A DNA stretch of 64,000 nucleotides. Origin: Malacoraja senta. Its lineage: Eukaryota. The notes beneath the pieces were generated by a model. That model saw nothing but the letters and a program-made list of their open reading frames with translations, made no database searches and was not told the origin of the DNA. Below are positions 1-12,165 of the stretch, in pieces. Each line of letters starts with the position of its first letter. Position 1 is the stretch's first letter. The stretch lies in NCBI GenBank assembly GCA_038087875.1, contig JAXLNO010000395.1:1-64000 (forward strand), given 5' to 3'. The translations under genes and the position numbers were made by a program.

Positions 1-83
1 CGCTGTATAACTCTATGGACTCTATGACAGGTGACAATTATATCACTTCTTCCCCTGGCAAAACAATTCATCGCATTCAACAC

Positions 84-722
84 CAGATGGCGCCGCAGTG
101 GCTGCCTCGCCAACAGTCTGTCTTGTCCCTTTCTTGTTTGTTGTTTTATTGGATGTGTTAAATGTATGTTTTGGTGTTCTTCAGCTTTGTTTTATGTGGG
201 GGGTGGGGGAAACTTTAAAAAAATCTCTTACCTCGTGATTTTTTTCCCGTATTGTATCTCTGTCCGCACTGTGGCCTAACATTGTGGAGCTGGCGACTTA
301 TTGATGGGGACCGGCCTTGAGAGCTCCAACCGTGGGAGCCTGCAGACTTAACATTGTGGAGCTCGCAGTCCCTTGGTTAGGAACGGACTTCAGGAGCTCC
401 AACCGCAGGAGCTTCGACCACCCCGGTAGTGGGAGCTTCGATCGCCCCGACATGGGGTCTTCTATCGCCAGCTGCGGGAGCTTCGATCGCCCCGACTGCG
501 GATGGTTCGACTGCCCCGACCGTGGGAGAATAAAGAGGGAAGAAGATTAGACTTCATTGTCTTCCATCACAGTGAGGAATGTGGAATCCGCTGTGGTGGA
601 TCTTTATGTTAACTTTTTCGTAGTTGTGTGTCTTTTTGCTTTTTTTTGGTATGGCTGTATGGTAAATTGAATTTCAGTACCTTAATTGGTACATGTGACA
701 TTAAAATACCTTTGAACCTTTG
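84..722 (+). mobile_element. Non-autonomous GC-rich retroposon (SINE-like) with internal GAGCTTCGATCGCCCCGAC repeats and a Rex1/Babar/L2-type 3' tail
   Basis: Begins AGATGGCGCC..GGCTGCCTCGCCAACAGTCTGTC and ends ..GGTACATGTGACATTAAA plus a short tandem tail. Clearly homologous to the minus-strand copy at 30597-35822 and partly to 6331-7139. The tail-family assignment is by recalled motif, not by search. Confidence 0.7.
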
Positions 723-969
723 TGTTGGTTATGTAAAAACACTAAGTCAAGAAGGGAACAAGTTACCTTCTAGGAGGCTGAAGATGCTTGTGCCACTTTG
801 CTGTGATTATCTCACCCTTCAAAAGCATTGTTATTCCAGAAGGCAGAATGAGCCTTCGTCTCCACATTTGTTCAACTCAACCCTCCATTGGTCCCTTCTC
901 TGTTGTCCACCTGAAACGCTGTACGAACTCCACCCATGGATTATGAATTCTAAGTTTCTTTCTCACCTG

Positions 970-1080
970 AAACCAATGCAACCATTGCACCATCAATGCA
1001 CTATTAATGAAACCATTGCACCATCAGTGCAACCATTGCACCATCATGCAACCATTGCACCATCAGTGCAGTCATTGAAA
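970..1080. repeat. ~20-bp tandem repeat (AACCATTGCACCATCAGTGC-like, about 4-5 copies)
   Basis: Repeated ACCATTGCACCATCA units are directly visible. Confidence 0.85.
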
Positions 1081-2019
1081 CACCCACCCTTGGCTTGTTC
1101 ATTCACTGATCTCCATCTGTGTAAATAAGAATAAATACTCTCATCGGTTTCCAAGAGGGAACTGAGTAAACATTGATGAGCGTTTCCAGGAGTTTCGGTT
1201 AGAAGAGCAATTTTTTCATGTATTTGTGCTTTGAATAAATTTGATTGGAGGTACAGTATGGCTGTACTTTTAATATACCTCAAAGAGCTCAGGTTGGTTC
1301 AAAATATTTAGATCCCAAAGTCCTGGATGTGCTTTGACAAATTTATAAGGATGGAACAAAATGAAATCGGAACTATTGTTCCTTGGGATAGCACATCCAT
1401 GTCTTCAAAATCAGGCATCTTACTCAGAAATTTTAATTCCTTCCACCTTCCAGCAATGAAGAAGGTACAAGATAAGCAATGCTTTGTAATATTTTTTAAT
1501 AGATGGATGTTATCCGATCTCACAGCTGTGATCAAATGTTTGTTTTAATAGCTATAGGCTCCTGATATGTGGTCAATTTGACAAGCAGGCGAGTAGTTGG
1601 CTTGGGATATTGGAGACAAATAATCAATTTAAATCTGATAATCCTGAAAGCAGGTATTATTCTCCTAAAATTAATTGCAGGACTCATGCCCATTGACTTG
1701 AGACAATGAGTCGAAGTAAGCTGTAAAGATATGACCTGTTCCATGTTACTAACCATATGTTTGATTACAACTAAGCTTAATTGATTTTGATACTTATCTG
1801 ACAGGCTGCTAAATGCTCAAGTCACTGCATCGTTAATTTTAGTTGGTGCTGGCTGGATAACATTTACTAGGGGTGCAGATAGATGACACATGTCTAAAGG
1901 ACCAATAAGTTTCATTGCTGCAGAAAATCTTGAAGCCATTATTTTGAGATACAGTAGTGAACTGCAAGCTGCCAAGATGGCAATGTACAGTATACATTAC
2001 ATTACAATGTAATAAGGTC

Positions 2020-2385
2020 AATAGGAATAGGAAAATTATGCCATTGGGCCCATCAAGTTTACTGCACCATTCAATCATGGCTGATCTATCTCTTCCACCT
2101 AACCCCATTCTCCTGCATTCTCCCCATAACGTCTGTACTAATCAAGAATCTATCTATCTCCGCCTTAAAAATATCCACTGACTTGACCTCCAAAGCTTCT
2201 GTGACAAAGAATTCCACAGATTCACCACCCTCTGACTAAAGAAAATTCTCCTCATCTCTTTCCTAAACGAACATCCTTTAATTCTGAGGCTATGACCTCT
2301 AGTCCTAGACTCTCCCACTAGTGGAAAAATCCTCTCCACACCCACTCTATCCAAGCCTTTCAGTATTTTGTATGTTTCAATTAGG
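2020..2385 (-). mobile_element. CR1 LINE 3' fragment
   Basis: Minus ORF reads DLIETYKILKGLDRV..FPLVGESRTRGHSLRIKG..FFSQRVVNLWNSL, the typical CR1 ORF2 C-terminus. Confidence 0.9.
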
Positions 2386-2424
2386 TCAACGTTTGATTGA
2401 GAAAGCAATCTTTAATTGAAAACA

Positions 2425-2730
2425 AGGCACTGCAGATGCTGGTTTACAAAATAAGATCCAAATTGCTGGAGTAACTCATCGAGTTAGGAAGGATCTCTGG
2501 AGAACATGGATAGGTAATGTTTCAGGTTGGGACTCTTCTTCAGATTCAAATCATTGTATTTCTCTGGAAAGAAAATATCAGCAATCTTTGTGTCGGAAGG
2601 AACTGCAGATGCTGGTTTACACTGTTGAATTGGAAGAAGGGTCTCGACCCAATATTATGTCACCTATTTCTTTTCTCCAGACATGCTGCCTGACCCGCTG
2701 AGTTACTCAAAATTTTGTGTTTATCTTCTA
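2425..2730. mobile_element. Penelope-derived terminal-repeat (pLTR) fragments in both orientations
   Basis: GCAGATGCTGGTTTAC..GCTGGAGTAACTC and GAAGAAGGGTCTCGACCC..GCTGAGTTACTC motifs match the tail attached to the GIY-YIG ORF at 39455-40230. Confidence 0.75.
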
Positions 2731-3377
2731 TTAGCAATCGTTAATTGTTTGGTTAATATATTTGCATTATACAGTCCACTTAGAATCTTCAATCATGAAT
2801 GAGCAAAACCATTTCTCCACATCCTCCTGCTTGAAGACTCTGTTGCATGTTGCTGGAAATGCAAGCTGATCACAACACAGGGAGAGCAATGGGATCTTGC
2901 TGTGTGATAAGGCTGACATGCTTAAATGCTGAAACTCACAAAGATCAGAAAAGGACAAAAGAATCAGGCAGTCATAGATTCATTCATTCACACAGTGCAA
3001 GTGAAGTCTCTCCTGCCCACTATTGTCACACCAGCCATTGGTGAATTAGTTCAATCCTCTGGTTAAAGAAATGGTAGGAAAAGGGAGAGAGAAAGAAAAG
3101 GATGCATTCTCAATGAAACCTAAAACATATAAACCCAAGAAAAAACATACCACCTGATGTAGTGACAATCAAGCATTTCAAGCATAAAATATAGGCAGTG
3201 AATGCTGCACATAATCAGCGGGTCAGGCATCATCTAGGAAGAGAGCAACAGAGTTCATCTTTCAGGTCAATTAAGCAAAGGTCACATTTTATCACTGAGG
3301 TCATTGATCTGAAATGTTATTTAGTGTACATCTCCATATGTTACGTGAACAGCTGAGTTTCCCTCCATTCTTTGTTT

Positions 3378-4260
3378 GTAGACACAAGGAACTACAGATG
3401 CTGGTTTACAAAAAAGACACCAAGTTACTCCAGCACTATCTGAAGCAATTTAGTGGGTCTGGCAGCATCTCCGGAAATCATGGATAGGTGACGTTTTGAA
3501 TCAGGGCCCAGAAAGAGAGGAGGGGTGGGACAAAGCCTAGTGAGTGATGGGTGGATACAGGTGAGTGGGATTTTTGATAGGCACATGGTTGGATAAAGGC
3601 CAGAGATGAAGAGATAAAATGTGTGAGATAAGGATACAAGAGGTGCAGATTGTGGAGCCACAGGAACAAAATGTAGGTGGAAGGGGAGATATGAGTATGT
3701 CCAGGGTGGGGCACAGATGAGAGAGTGACGGGAGGAGGAAGAAGGGAGGGGGAAGAAGGAAGGGGGAGGGTTGTTGTTTGTAGGTTAGTTAACTGAAATT
3801 AGATCATTCAATGTTCATAACGTTGTAAAATACCCAAGCGCTCGCTGTTTGCATGTGGCTGCAGTCTGGCAATGGACGAGGTCCTGGATAGAAAGTTCAG
3901 TATCGGATTGGGAAGAGGTTTAAATTGTTAACAAGCGGGAGATCCAGAAGGCCTTGATAGACCGAGAACAAGTGTTCGGCAAAACGGTTTCCGAGTCAAT
4001 GCTTGGTCTCACTGATGTAAAGCAGGCCACATCAGGAATACCGAATGCAGTAGATGAGGTTAGAGGTGATGCACGTGAACCTCTACCTCACCTCACCTGT
4101 GGTCCCCTGGATGGATGTGATGGAGGAGGTATAGGGACAGGTGTTACATCTCCTGCTGTTGCAGGGGAAAGTACTTGGGGACAAGGAGGTTTGGGTGGGA
4201 AAGGATGAGTGAACCAAGAATTTGTGCAGAGAATGTTGTCTGTGAAAAGGGGAAAAGGGT
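3378..4260 (-). mobile_element. Penelope-like element, degraded 3' part (GIY-YIG region plus terminal repeat)
   Basis: The reverse complement is homologous to 39530-40230 (AACCTCATCTACTGCAT.., TACATCAGTGAGACCAAGCA..). Confidence 0.8.
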
Positions 4261-4261
4261 A

Positions 4262-5190
4262 GAAGAGTGCTTTAGGAAAGATGCCATTAAGCAGGAAAGA
4301 GTGCAGATAAGGGCTCTTAAAGATTAGGGGATATGGGGAGAAGGCAGGGAATGGGGTACTGATTGGGGATGATCAGCCATGATCACATTGAATGGCGGGG
4401 CTGGCTTGAAGGGCCGAATGGCCGAATGGCCTACTCCTGCACCTATTGTCTATTGTTTATGAGATTTAGAGAAAGTTGCCAGTACTTGAGTGTCTGAGCT
4501 ATAGGGAGAGGTTGAGCAAGGTGGGACTTTATTCCTTGGAGTGCAGGAGACTGAGTGTGATCTTGACAGAGGAGTGCAAGATTATGAGGCAAATAGATAT
4601 GATGAATGCACTAAAGCATTTTTCCCAAGGTAGGGAAATCAAGAACTAAAGGGCATAGATTTAAAGTGAGAGCAAAATGATTAAGAGGAACCTAGGTAGT
4701 AACTTTTTTCACACCAAGGATGGTGTGCATATGGAACGAGCTGCCAGATACAGTAGCAACAATTAAAATACATTAAAGCAGGTACATGGATATAAAAGGT
4801 TTAGAGGGATATGTGCCATGTGCAGGCAGATGGAACAAGCCTGGAAGGGAGATTCTGGTCGGCATAGACAAATTGGGCTGAAGGTCCCTGTTTCCTTGCT
4901 CTATAACTCCATGACTATTACTTTACGACTCATACAATCCCTTTTTTTCCATTGCCTATGTACATTGAAGCTAGTAGATTCACAGAGGGCAGTGGAGGTC
5001 AAATCACTGGATGGATTTAAGAGAGAGTTAGATAGAGCTCTAGGGGCTAGTGGAATCAAGGGATATGGGGAGAAGGCAGGCACGGGTTATTGATTGGGGA
5101 CGATCAGCCATGATCACAATGAATGGCGGTGCTGGCTCGAAGGCTGAATGGCCTCCTCCTGCACCTATTTTCTATGTTTGTATGTTTCTA
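4262..5190 (+). mobile_element. Cluster of CR1 3' fragments (nested tails)
   Basis: GGATATGGGGAGAAGGCAGG..GATCAGCCATGATCAC..CTCCTGCACCTATT tails occur twice, plus a GAGCTATAGGGAGAGGTTGAG..CTCTATAACTCCATGACT CR1 3' end. Confidence 0.85.
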
Positions 5191-5199
5191 GATAAATCC

Positions 5200-6030
5200 T
5201 GTGAGTGTGATTGCCCCTCTGTAGGCAGGAGGCTTGATGCAGGAACTAAACTGTCAGAAGTGGGGTGAGAGTGGAAAGTGATTCAAGAAAGGCAGAGAGT
5301 GTGGATTTTCTGGAAGGAGTAACAGTTCTGCTGATGAGCACTTAGTGTGCGCAATTTCTTCCAATATTTGATGAGTCTCTCTCCTATTGACAGCATCCCA
5401 ACTACCTCCTCCCATGATGGCAGAGCTGGTATTGGGGACCTGGGGTGGAGGGTATTGCAACGAGGAGTTCCCTGCAACCTGTTTCTCTCGCGGTTTACAG
5501 ATGCGCCAGCCGCCTGCCACTTTTGCGGGCTGGAAGAGTCTGTGTACCACATGTTAATGGAGTGTGTGAGGCTGCAGCCACTGTTCCAATACCTAAAGGG
5601 GCTGCTCCTTGCCTTCTGTCTGCATGTTTCACCCACCATCCTCATCTTTGGACACCCTGTGTGTAGGGGGAGGGTAGGGCTGAAGATGTATTGGTAGGGT
5701 TGCTCCTGGGCCTGGCCAAGCTGACCATCCGCGAGTCACGGCACCAGGCAGAAGAGGGCTCTGCCTGAGCCAACTGCCTGCCACTTTTCTGGGGTTACAT
5801 CTGTGCCCGGGTGGTACTAGAAAAGGACTACTCGCTCTCCACGGGCACCCTAGGGGGATTTCCGGGACCGTTGGGCACCGAGGGGGGTTGAATGTATCCT
5901 GGACAAGGGTTGTAATATAGTTGTTTAGTAGTATATTTGTTTTGTCGTACTATGGTGGTGGTTTCTGTTTTGTTTTATTGTGTTGTAAATACTATTTTAT
6001 TATGTGAATACATATTTTTGATTTTTTTAA
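5200..6030 (+). mobile_element. Tx1-type non-LTR retrotransposon 3' fragment (C-terminal CCHC zinc finger)
   Basis: The ORF at 5347 reads DLGWRVLQRGVPCN..CHFCGLEESVYHMLMECVRLQPLF (zf-RVT-like C-x2-C..H-x4-C), followed by a T-rich 3' UTR. Confidence 0.8.
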
Positions 6031-6330
6031 AATGATGGCAAGCTGGTGGTGTCCTGACCCACAGAAGTCAGGACACCCTCTAGTTTTTACCTCTGCACTG
6101 AAACTTTAATACAATGCATTGTGACTGGTAGGTCTCTCCATCATCTAAACAGGCCTCCCTGCACTCAATCTACATGTGTTGCCAATGTCAACATGTTATG
6201 GGGAGCATGTCTTCAAGGGCTGAGTTCCATTTAAGTTTGCTGCACAGCAATGTATCTACACATCTGTTCCATTCAGAAGAATCCATCAGGACATGTCTAT
6301 ATCTATACATAACTAAAACTCTGATCTTGT

Positions 6331-7139
6331 TAGATTTAGTGGAGAGAGTATTGGCTGCACCTCGCGGCAGCGGCCCCTGTTCAATGTGTAGTTTGCTGTG
6401 GTTTTCATATTGTTTTTAACTGTGTATATGTGGGGGCGTGGGGGGGTGGGTGGAATAAACGTTTAAATCTCTTCCCTGCACGGGAGACCCGACCTTTTCC
6501 CTGTCGGGTCTCCGTTGTCGTTGGGGCCTAGCACCGTGGAACGGCCTCCAGCCGGAACAACCTCGGGACTCCAGTCGCGGAGCCTGCAGAGCCTGCGGAC
6601 GTACCATTGGCCGGCCTTGGAGCGTGGGGAGTTGTGGGGGGCACGCAGCTGTGACCAGACTTCAGAGCTTCGGAGGCTCCAGCTGCAGGCCTGTGGACGG
6701 TGACATCGGGAGCTCGCGGGTCCCTGGTGGAAGACCGCTTTTCGGAGCACCCGCGGCGGCAGCTTCTCCCGCCCGTGTTGCGGGGCTGAAAACGACCCGG
6801 AGCGGGGCCTGACATCTCCCGGCGTGGCTTTAATGGCTGCGGGACTTGCTGTCACCCGCCAGGGGCTCCAACAGTAAGACCCGGACCAGCGCCTTACAAC
6901 GCCGGCACGGCCTTAACGGCCACGGGACTTACCATCGCCCGCCGGGGGCTTTAACATTGGGAGAGGATGGAGAGCAGGGGAGAGACAAGACTTTGCCTTC
7001 CATCACAGTGAGGAGGAGATTCACTGTGATGGATGTCTGTGTGAATTAAGTTGGTTGTGTGTCTTGTAAAATTGTTTCTTTTTGTTGTATGGCTGCAGAA
7101 ACCAACGTTCCTAACGGATAAATAAAGTTCATTGAATTA
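6331..7139 (+). mobile_element. GC-rich non-autonomous retroposon nested in the Helitron 5' end
   Basis: Shares TTCCATCACAGTGAGGA..CTGTG..GGAT..TATGGCTG 3' region with 84-722 and ends AATAAAGTTCATTGAATTA. It interrupts the Helitron sequence GATCTTGTTA|TCTTCTGG. Confidence 0.65.
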
Positions 7140-7467
7140 TCTTCTGGTTTGGCGGTCTTTCTATTTGCACAAAAATGGTTCGTGATAGCGCTACAATTTT
7201 TTGCCAGTTCACTCACCGTTCTCCTGTGCTGCGAGTGAGCCAAGTTTCGTTCCAATCGGTTGAATGTTGTAAAAGCTAGCAAGAATAAAAATCTTAAAAA
7301 CTGCGCGTGCGCAGATCAATCTCTTCTCCTGCCAGTCAGTGCTGCGCGGATCAGGCTCTTCCTCCATCACTCCCCGAGATGGTCTGCCCCTTCCTACGCC
7401 ATTGCGTCTTTACTGGAGCTGAGGGTGGCTGGTGGAGGTTTCCAACTGGACTTTTGGAGGGACCCGA

Positions 7468-7660
7468 AGCAGCCCAGCCCCAAACAGCCCGGCCCCGCAC
7501 CGCCACCAAGCAGCAGCCCCGTCCCAAACAGCAGCAAAGCCCCAAGCAGCAGCCCAGCACCCAGTAGCAGCCCAGCGTTGGAGACCCAGCCCAGCCCCAG
7601 AGTCAGAGACCCAGCCCAGCCCAGCGTCGGAGACCCAGCCCAGACCAGCCCGGAGCCAGA
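7468..7660. repeat. GC-rich minisatellite (GCAGCAGCCC.. and GAGACCCAGCCCAGCCCCAG units, ~20-25 bp)
   Basis: Direct repeats are visible. Confidence 0.75.
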
Positions 7661-7864
7661 GATGTCGCCGATGTTGCCAAATGGAAAACCGAGACTCTGA
7701 TCCCGGTGGAGGAGAACGACCGGCGACCAGAGCACGCCATGAGTTCCTATCACCACGCCAATTCCAGGCACTACCCCTCTGGTCGCGTTCGCAGGCTCCA
7801 CCCCCCCTCCCCGTGATGCCTCCCTCTCCCCCATGGCTCTTCCCCCATCTTTTCTCCAAGCTCA

Positions 7865-8875
7865 CTGCCCCCTCGCCCACACACCCCTCTCCCCCAACTC
7901 ACCCATGCCCACACACCCCTCTCCCGCCACACAACCCCCCTGCCAACAAACCCCTCCCCCCACAAGCCAGCCTGCCAACAACCCCCCCCCCCCCGCCCAC
8001 ACACACTCACCCGCCCATCCACACACACACAACCCCCCACCCACACACACCTCCCCGCCCACCCCCCCCCCCCACAACGCCCCCCCACACACGCACACAA
8101 CCCCCCACACACACACACCCCCACACACACTCCCCTCCCCACATACCCTGCCACCCACACCCCCCCGCCCACACATCCCCGCCGCACACACACCACTTTC
8201 CCCCCACACAACACCCCGCCCACATACCGCTCCAACCCACAAGCCCCCCTACCCACAACCCCCCCACCCACACAACCCGCCGCCCACACCCACATTCCCC
8301 GCCCACCCCCCCTCTCCCCCACAACCCCCCCTCTCCACCACAACCACCCCACCACCACAGCCCCCTTCCCCACAACCCCCCTCCCCCACAACCCACCCCC
8401 ACAACTCCACCCTCCCCCACAACATCCCCCTCCCCCACATCCTCCCCCACAACATCCTCCACAACCACTCTTCCCACACAATCCTGCCTCCCCCACAACC
8501 CCCTGCCACCCCACAACCCCTGCCACCCCCACAACCCCCAACCCACCCCCACAACCCCCCTCGCCCCCACAACCCCCCACGCGCACACAAACCTCTCCAC
8601 ACATACACACAACTCCCACCCACACACCCTCCCCCACACACCCTCCCTCACACACCCCTCATCCCACATCCCTCCTACCCCCTCCCACACCCATCCCACA
8701 CCCTCCCGCCCACATACACACCTCCCTCCACCCCACAGCCCCCTGCCACACAACCTCCTCCCTCACACACCCCCCTCCCCCCACACCACCCTCTCCCCTC
8801 CTGCACCTCCCTGTCCACACACACCCCTCCTCCCCTCCCACACACCCCACTTCCCTCCCCCTCCCCTCCCACACA
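7865..8875. repeat. ~1-kb C/A-rich low-complexity tract (CCCCACACA/CCCCACAA)
   Basis: Almost no G on the plus strand; it generates spurious Pro/His- and Gly-rich ORFs. Confidence 0.95.
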
Positions 8876-10551
8876 TGAAGAGGAGGGGAAGGGAGTGATC
8901 GGTGATGAGGGGAAATGAGCCGTGCCTGCGCAGTTAGGGGCTATGGGTTAGTGGTGGAATATAGCATTGGGGGAATGTGTTGTGTTGGGGGAACGGGTGA
9001 GTGGTGCAATATTGCGTTGGGGGAACGGGTTGCGTTGGGGGAACGGGTCCCACTTAGTCTGGTATCCTTTATTAGCAAATGGTTCTCGGCGCAAACTACC
9101 TTAATGATGTTGTAAATGCCTTTTTTTCCAATTTCGCAGTTTTGCAGGGGAAAATGAATTAATGTTGGCATAAATTCCAACAACAATTTAGCATAAAGGG
9201 TGACATCTAATTTCTGGTCTCTAACGTCGTGAATAAATTGGTCCTTATCTCATTAGATACAACTCTACCTTTCCGCAGGTTGTTTACAGCATTAATGCAG
9301 TAATTTTGGCAAACACACAGGGAGTTGATGGTGAGATTCAATTGGAATGAGGATAATGTTGAGCAAGGCAAATATTTCAGCAATTTGTGCTGATTTGCAA
9401 TGCACAGCACATCTCTTCCGCTCCATCGAGTGCTATGCTATTTGTACATTAATAACAATGTGTGCAATAGATGCTCCTCTATGTCTCCAGCAAAACCTGG
9501 CCTCCTTATTGTATTGTGATTCTAAAATGTAAACATTGGGATGTTTATTGTTTATAATACAGTTTAGTGTCACGGTAACAAATAAACTTCAAAGCTATTG
9601 TCATTAAATATTGGAGTACAAATCACTAGGAATTTTAAAAACAATACATTGATTTATTAATATTTGTCATACTAGATAAAATTGATGTGGACATGTACAG
9701 GCAATGCATGTTTTATCTACAGGGTAATATTATTTTTAATATTTGCTTATGAATGAAATTCTAAGAAATGTTCATAGGTTTTCCTTTCTTGAAACAAGCT
9801 GATAATTCAGGTGCCAAGGCACATAGCGAGTCACAAGCGAAAGGTAAAGCTAAGAATTTAACATTTCAGTTATTTAAGCCTAAAGTCATTAGAAAAAAAT
9901 ATACAGCTACAGAGGGAGACTAAAATAAAAATCAGCTTATAAATAACAAATGTTTGAATAATCCGACAGAGATTTTCATATTCTTGATCTGAGTTTCCTT
10001 GGCATTAGTATTATATATTGTAAAACAAATCAGCAGCAATTTCACAAGCTGCACATTCATATACTGTACTTGAATTTATGTTGTGCGATGACTGATGAAA
10101 GGTCAAATTTACAGGGAGAAATCTATCTTAACGGGCCTGAGTCTGAATGATTTGAGTTCTAAGTTACAGCTACAGGTATGATTAATTCAGGCTCAGCATC
10201 TCACATCCCTTTGCTACCATGCAATCTGTAGATTTGCATTTATTTTTATAAGTTCACCATAACATTCAGCAACTAATATTTGAGAAGGAATAAGATCTGC
10301 CAAAGTTGAAAAGTAAATTCAGTGGATATTTTATCATGTCAGATTTTATAGTGAAAAAGGTCAGGACGTACAAGTATAACTGTAACGTGGTGCATTTTAT
10401 ACCTGTGAAGCCATTTATTTATACAAAATGAGTCAACACTGATTTTTCAATGGTTTCCAATTGAAATAATAATAAATCCTGTTACGCCAATCAAAACTGA
10501 AAGCATTAGTACATGCCTCAATCACATTATCTAACCCCTCTGAGGAATTAC

Positions 10552-10832
10552 CTGAAGACTGTGTCTAAGAGACAGGTGTCCTACCATTGATATGTTTACT
10601 TGAGCGCGTAGCTTGTAGGGGTGTGAGCAGTACTGTTTTCTGATAAAAACTGAAATCCCAACTGCGAACCCACTTCCTACAACAACTCATGCAAATAATA
10701 TGGAATCACAATCCATTTAGAAAATAGTGTGCAACCAACCCGAATCAATGACATGCACGATTGGAGGAGAGTCCCCCTGCTGTCAACCTGACAGCAGATA
10801 CATCCCCTTCATATTTTATCCAAACACACAAT
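10552..10832 (-). other. Candidate host-gene exon (probably 5' UTR or non-coding, possibly with a late ATG)
   Basis: Minus-strand acceptor CTTATTTTTTACTTTATCTTTTTGTTTTCTAAACAG| and donor TCTTCAG|GTAATT flank 281 bp of unique, non-repeat sequence. All three frames contain stops in the 5' half. Confidence 0.35.
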
Positions 10833-11604
10833 CTGTTTAGAAAACAAAAAGATAAAGTAAAAAATAAGATTGTTTTTGACGTTAACCTGTCCAATAAATG
10901 ATACCCTGCAAAATGGGGTGAATCATGGGGAAAGTTGTTTGATACACGAAAACTTGCAGAAGCCAGCCTAGAAACATGGGGTACGTTTTCTTTTTCACAC
11001 GAGGCAATGAAGTTTCTACAGGAACTTACATTTGACCAGTTTTGGAGGGCCTCAGTGAAAAAATAAGTTGTGTGTAGGAGGCATTTACTGTAGACATAGG
11101 GATTGGCAGCGAATTAAGGGCTGTTGACCCTATTACCTCTATAACGTATTAATTGACGAGTTGAACAATAAATTCTGAATCAAGATTTACTCTAATGGAA
11201 TTTTTATTAGCACCCGAGTTACTTAAGAATTTCTGTAATCTACTGACTTTTGATTACTTCTCACTTGATTTACTGTTCCAGCTTGTCACATCTTACACTA
11301 AATCACCACGGCTTGGATTCAAATACTATCCATCTGAAAGTATTGGCCAGATCCTCTCTGTTGGTAGAGTGGTATTCTTCTCTGAGTTTTGAATTCAAGG
11401 CCATCCTTCTTGCAATGGTTGTTGCCAGTTGTTACCACTGATGTCTTGGACTGCTCTTCTTTTTTACATTACTCTTCCTTTTAAGAGTTTTCAAAAGGAA
11501 GCATTTGTTCAAAGCCAAGACTCCTATGAGTCTCAAGTCAATCATTCAAGTTGTTACTCATCCAAGGACTGAATAAACAAAACACATCTCTTTCATTATC
11601 ATGC

Positions 11605-11952
11605 TAGAAGGTTTTTAAATATGTTCATATTTTCTTTCTCATCACATAGTCACTTTTCCAAATAGCTATACCTGGACACCTTTTCTCTTTCTCAAGTCAC
11701 ACTACATCGCCTTGAACTTATCTTCAGCTATGCTCTCACCAGATGTCGATCATATAATCTTTTTTCTCTGTGCTTCTTTATGTTCATGGTCCCAGCATTT
11801 CTCTCTGTCTCTATCTCTCTCTCTAGCTAGCAGCATCCTCCCAGAGCCTGCCAGAATACTTGACATCATGCCTCCGGCTACAGGGTGTAGATATGTAGAG
11901 GTGCTGTTTAAATTGACATTATTGTCGTCATAGACATCTTGGGCTGAAGGAT
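11605..11952 (+). repeat. Segment duplicated at 20221-20558
   Basis: Direct alignment by eye from TAGAAGGTTTTTAAATA to GGGCTGAAGGAT shows high identity with small indels. Confidence 0.95.
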
Positions 11953-12165
11953 CTGTTCCAGTGCAGATCTGTTGCATGTTCTATGTATATGTTCCATTAT
12001 TAATATGTTCATTGGGATGGGGAGGAATCTCTGCCACCCATCTCCATTCCCTTTGTACATCCCGGTTTTATCTTCTGGCTGCTTCATATAGGAACTGAAC
12101 AGAGCAGAATGAGGAATAGTCAAGGGAGATGGGCAGATGGAGGGAATTTCTACAGAGCAGACACT

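Larger units (their letters stand above)
6302..9062 (+). mobile_element. Non-autonomous Helitron (rolling-circle) element with internal minisatellites and a C-rich tract
   Basis: 5' end A|TCTATACATAACTAAAA; 3' end GGGTCCCACTTAGTCTGG|T (CTRR terminus, A-T insertion site, no TSD); subterminal TTGGGGGAACGGGT repeats. The 3' hairpin is only partially preserved. Confidence 0.65.

Noticed and set aside
628..1128. 166-aa ORF
   Set aside because: It spans a retroposon tail and a 20-bp tandem repeat, has a non-ATG start and shows no domain signal.
7432..8918. Long Pro/His-rich and Gly/Val-rich ORFs (488, 361, 294 and 248 aa)
   Set aside because: They are by-products of a C/A low-complexity tract lacking stop codons; ORFs are open in nearly all frames on both strands.
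11750..12123. Minus-strand ORFs with RERDRDRE as an RS/RD-rich protein exon
   Set aside because: The RD/RE run comes from a (CT)n microsatellite; frames are short and not preserved in the duplicate at 20221-20558.
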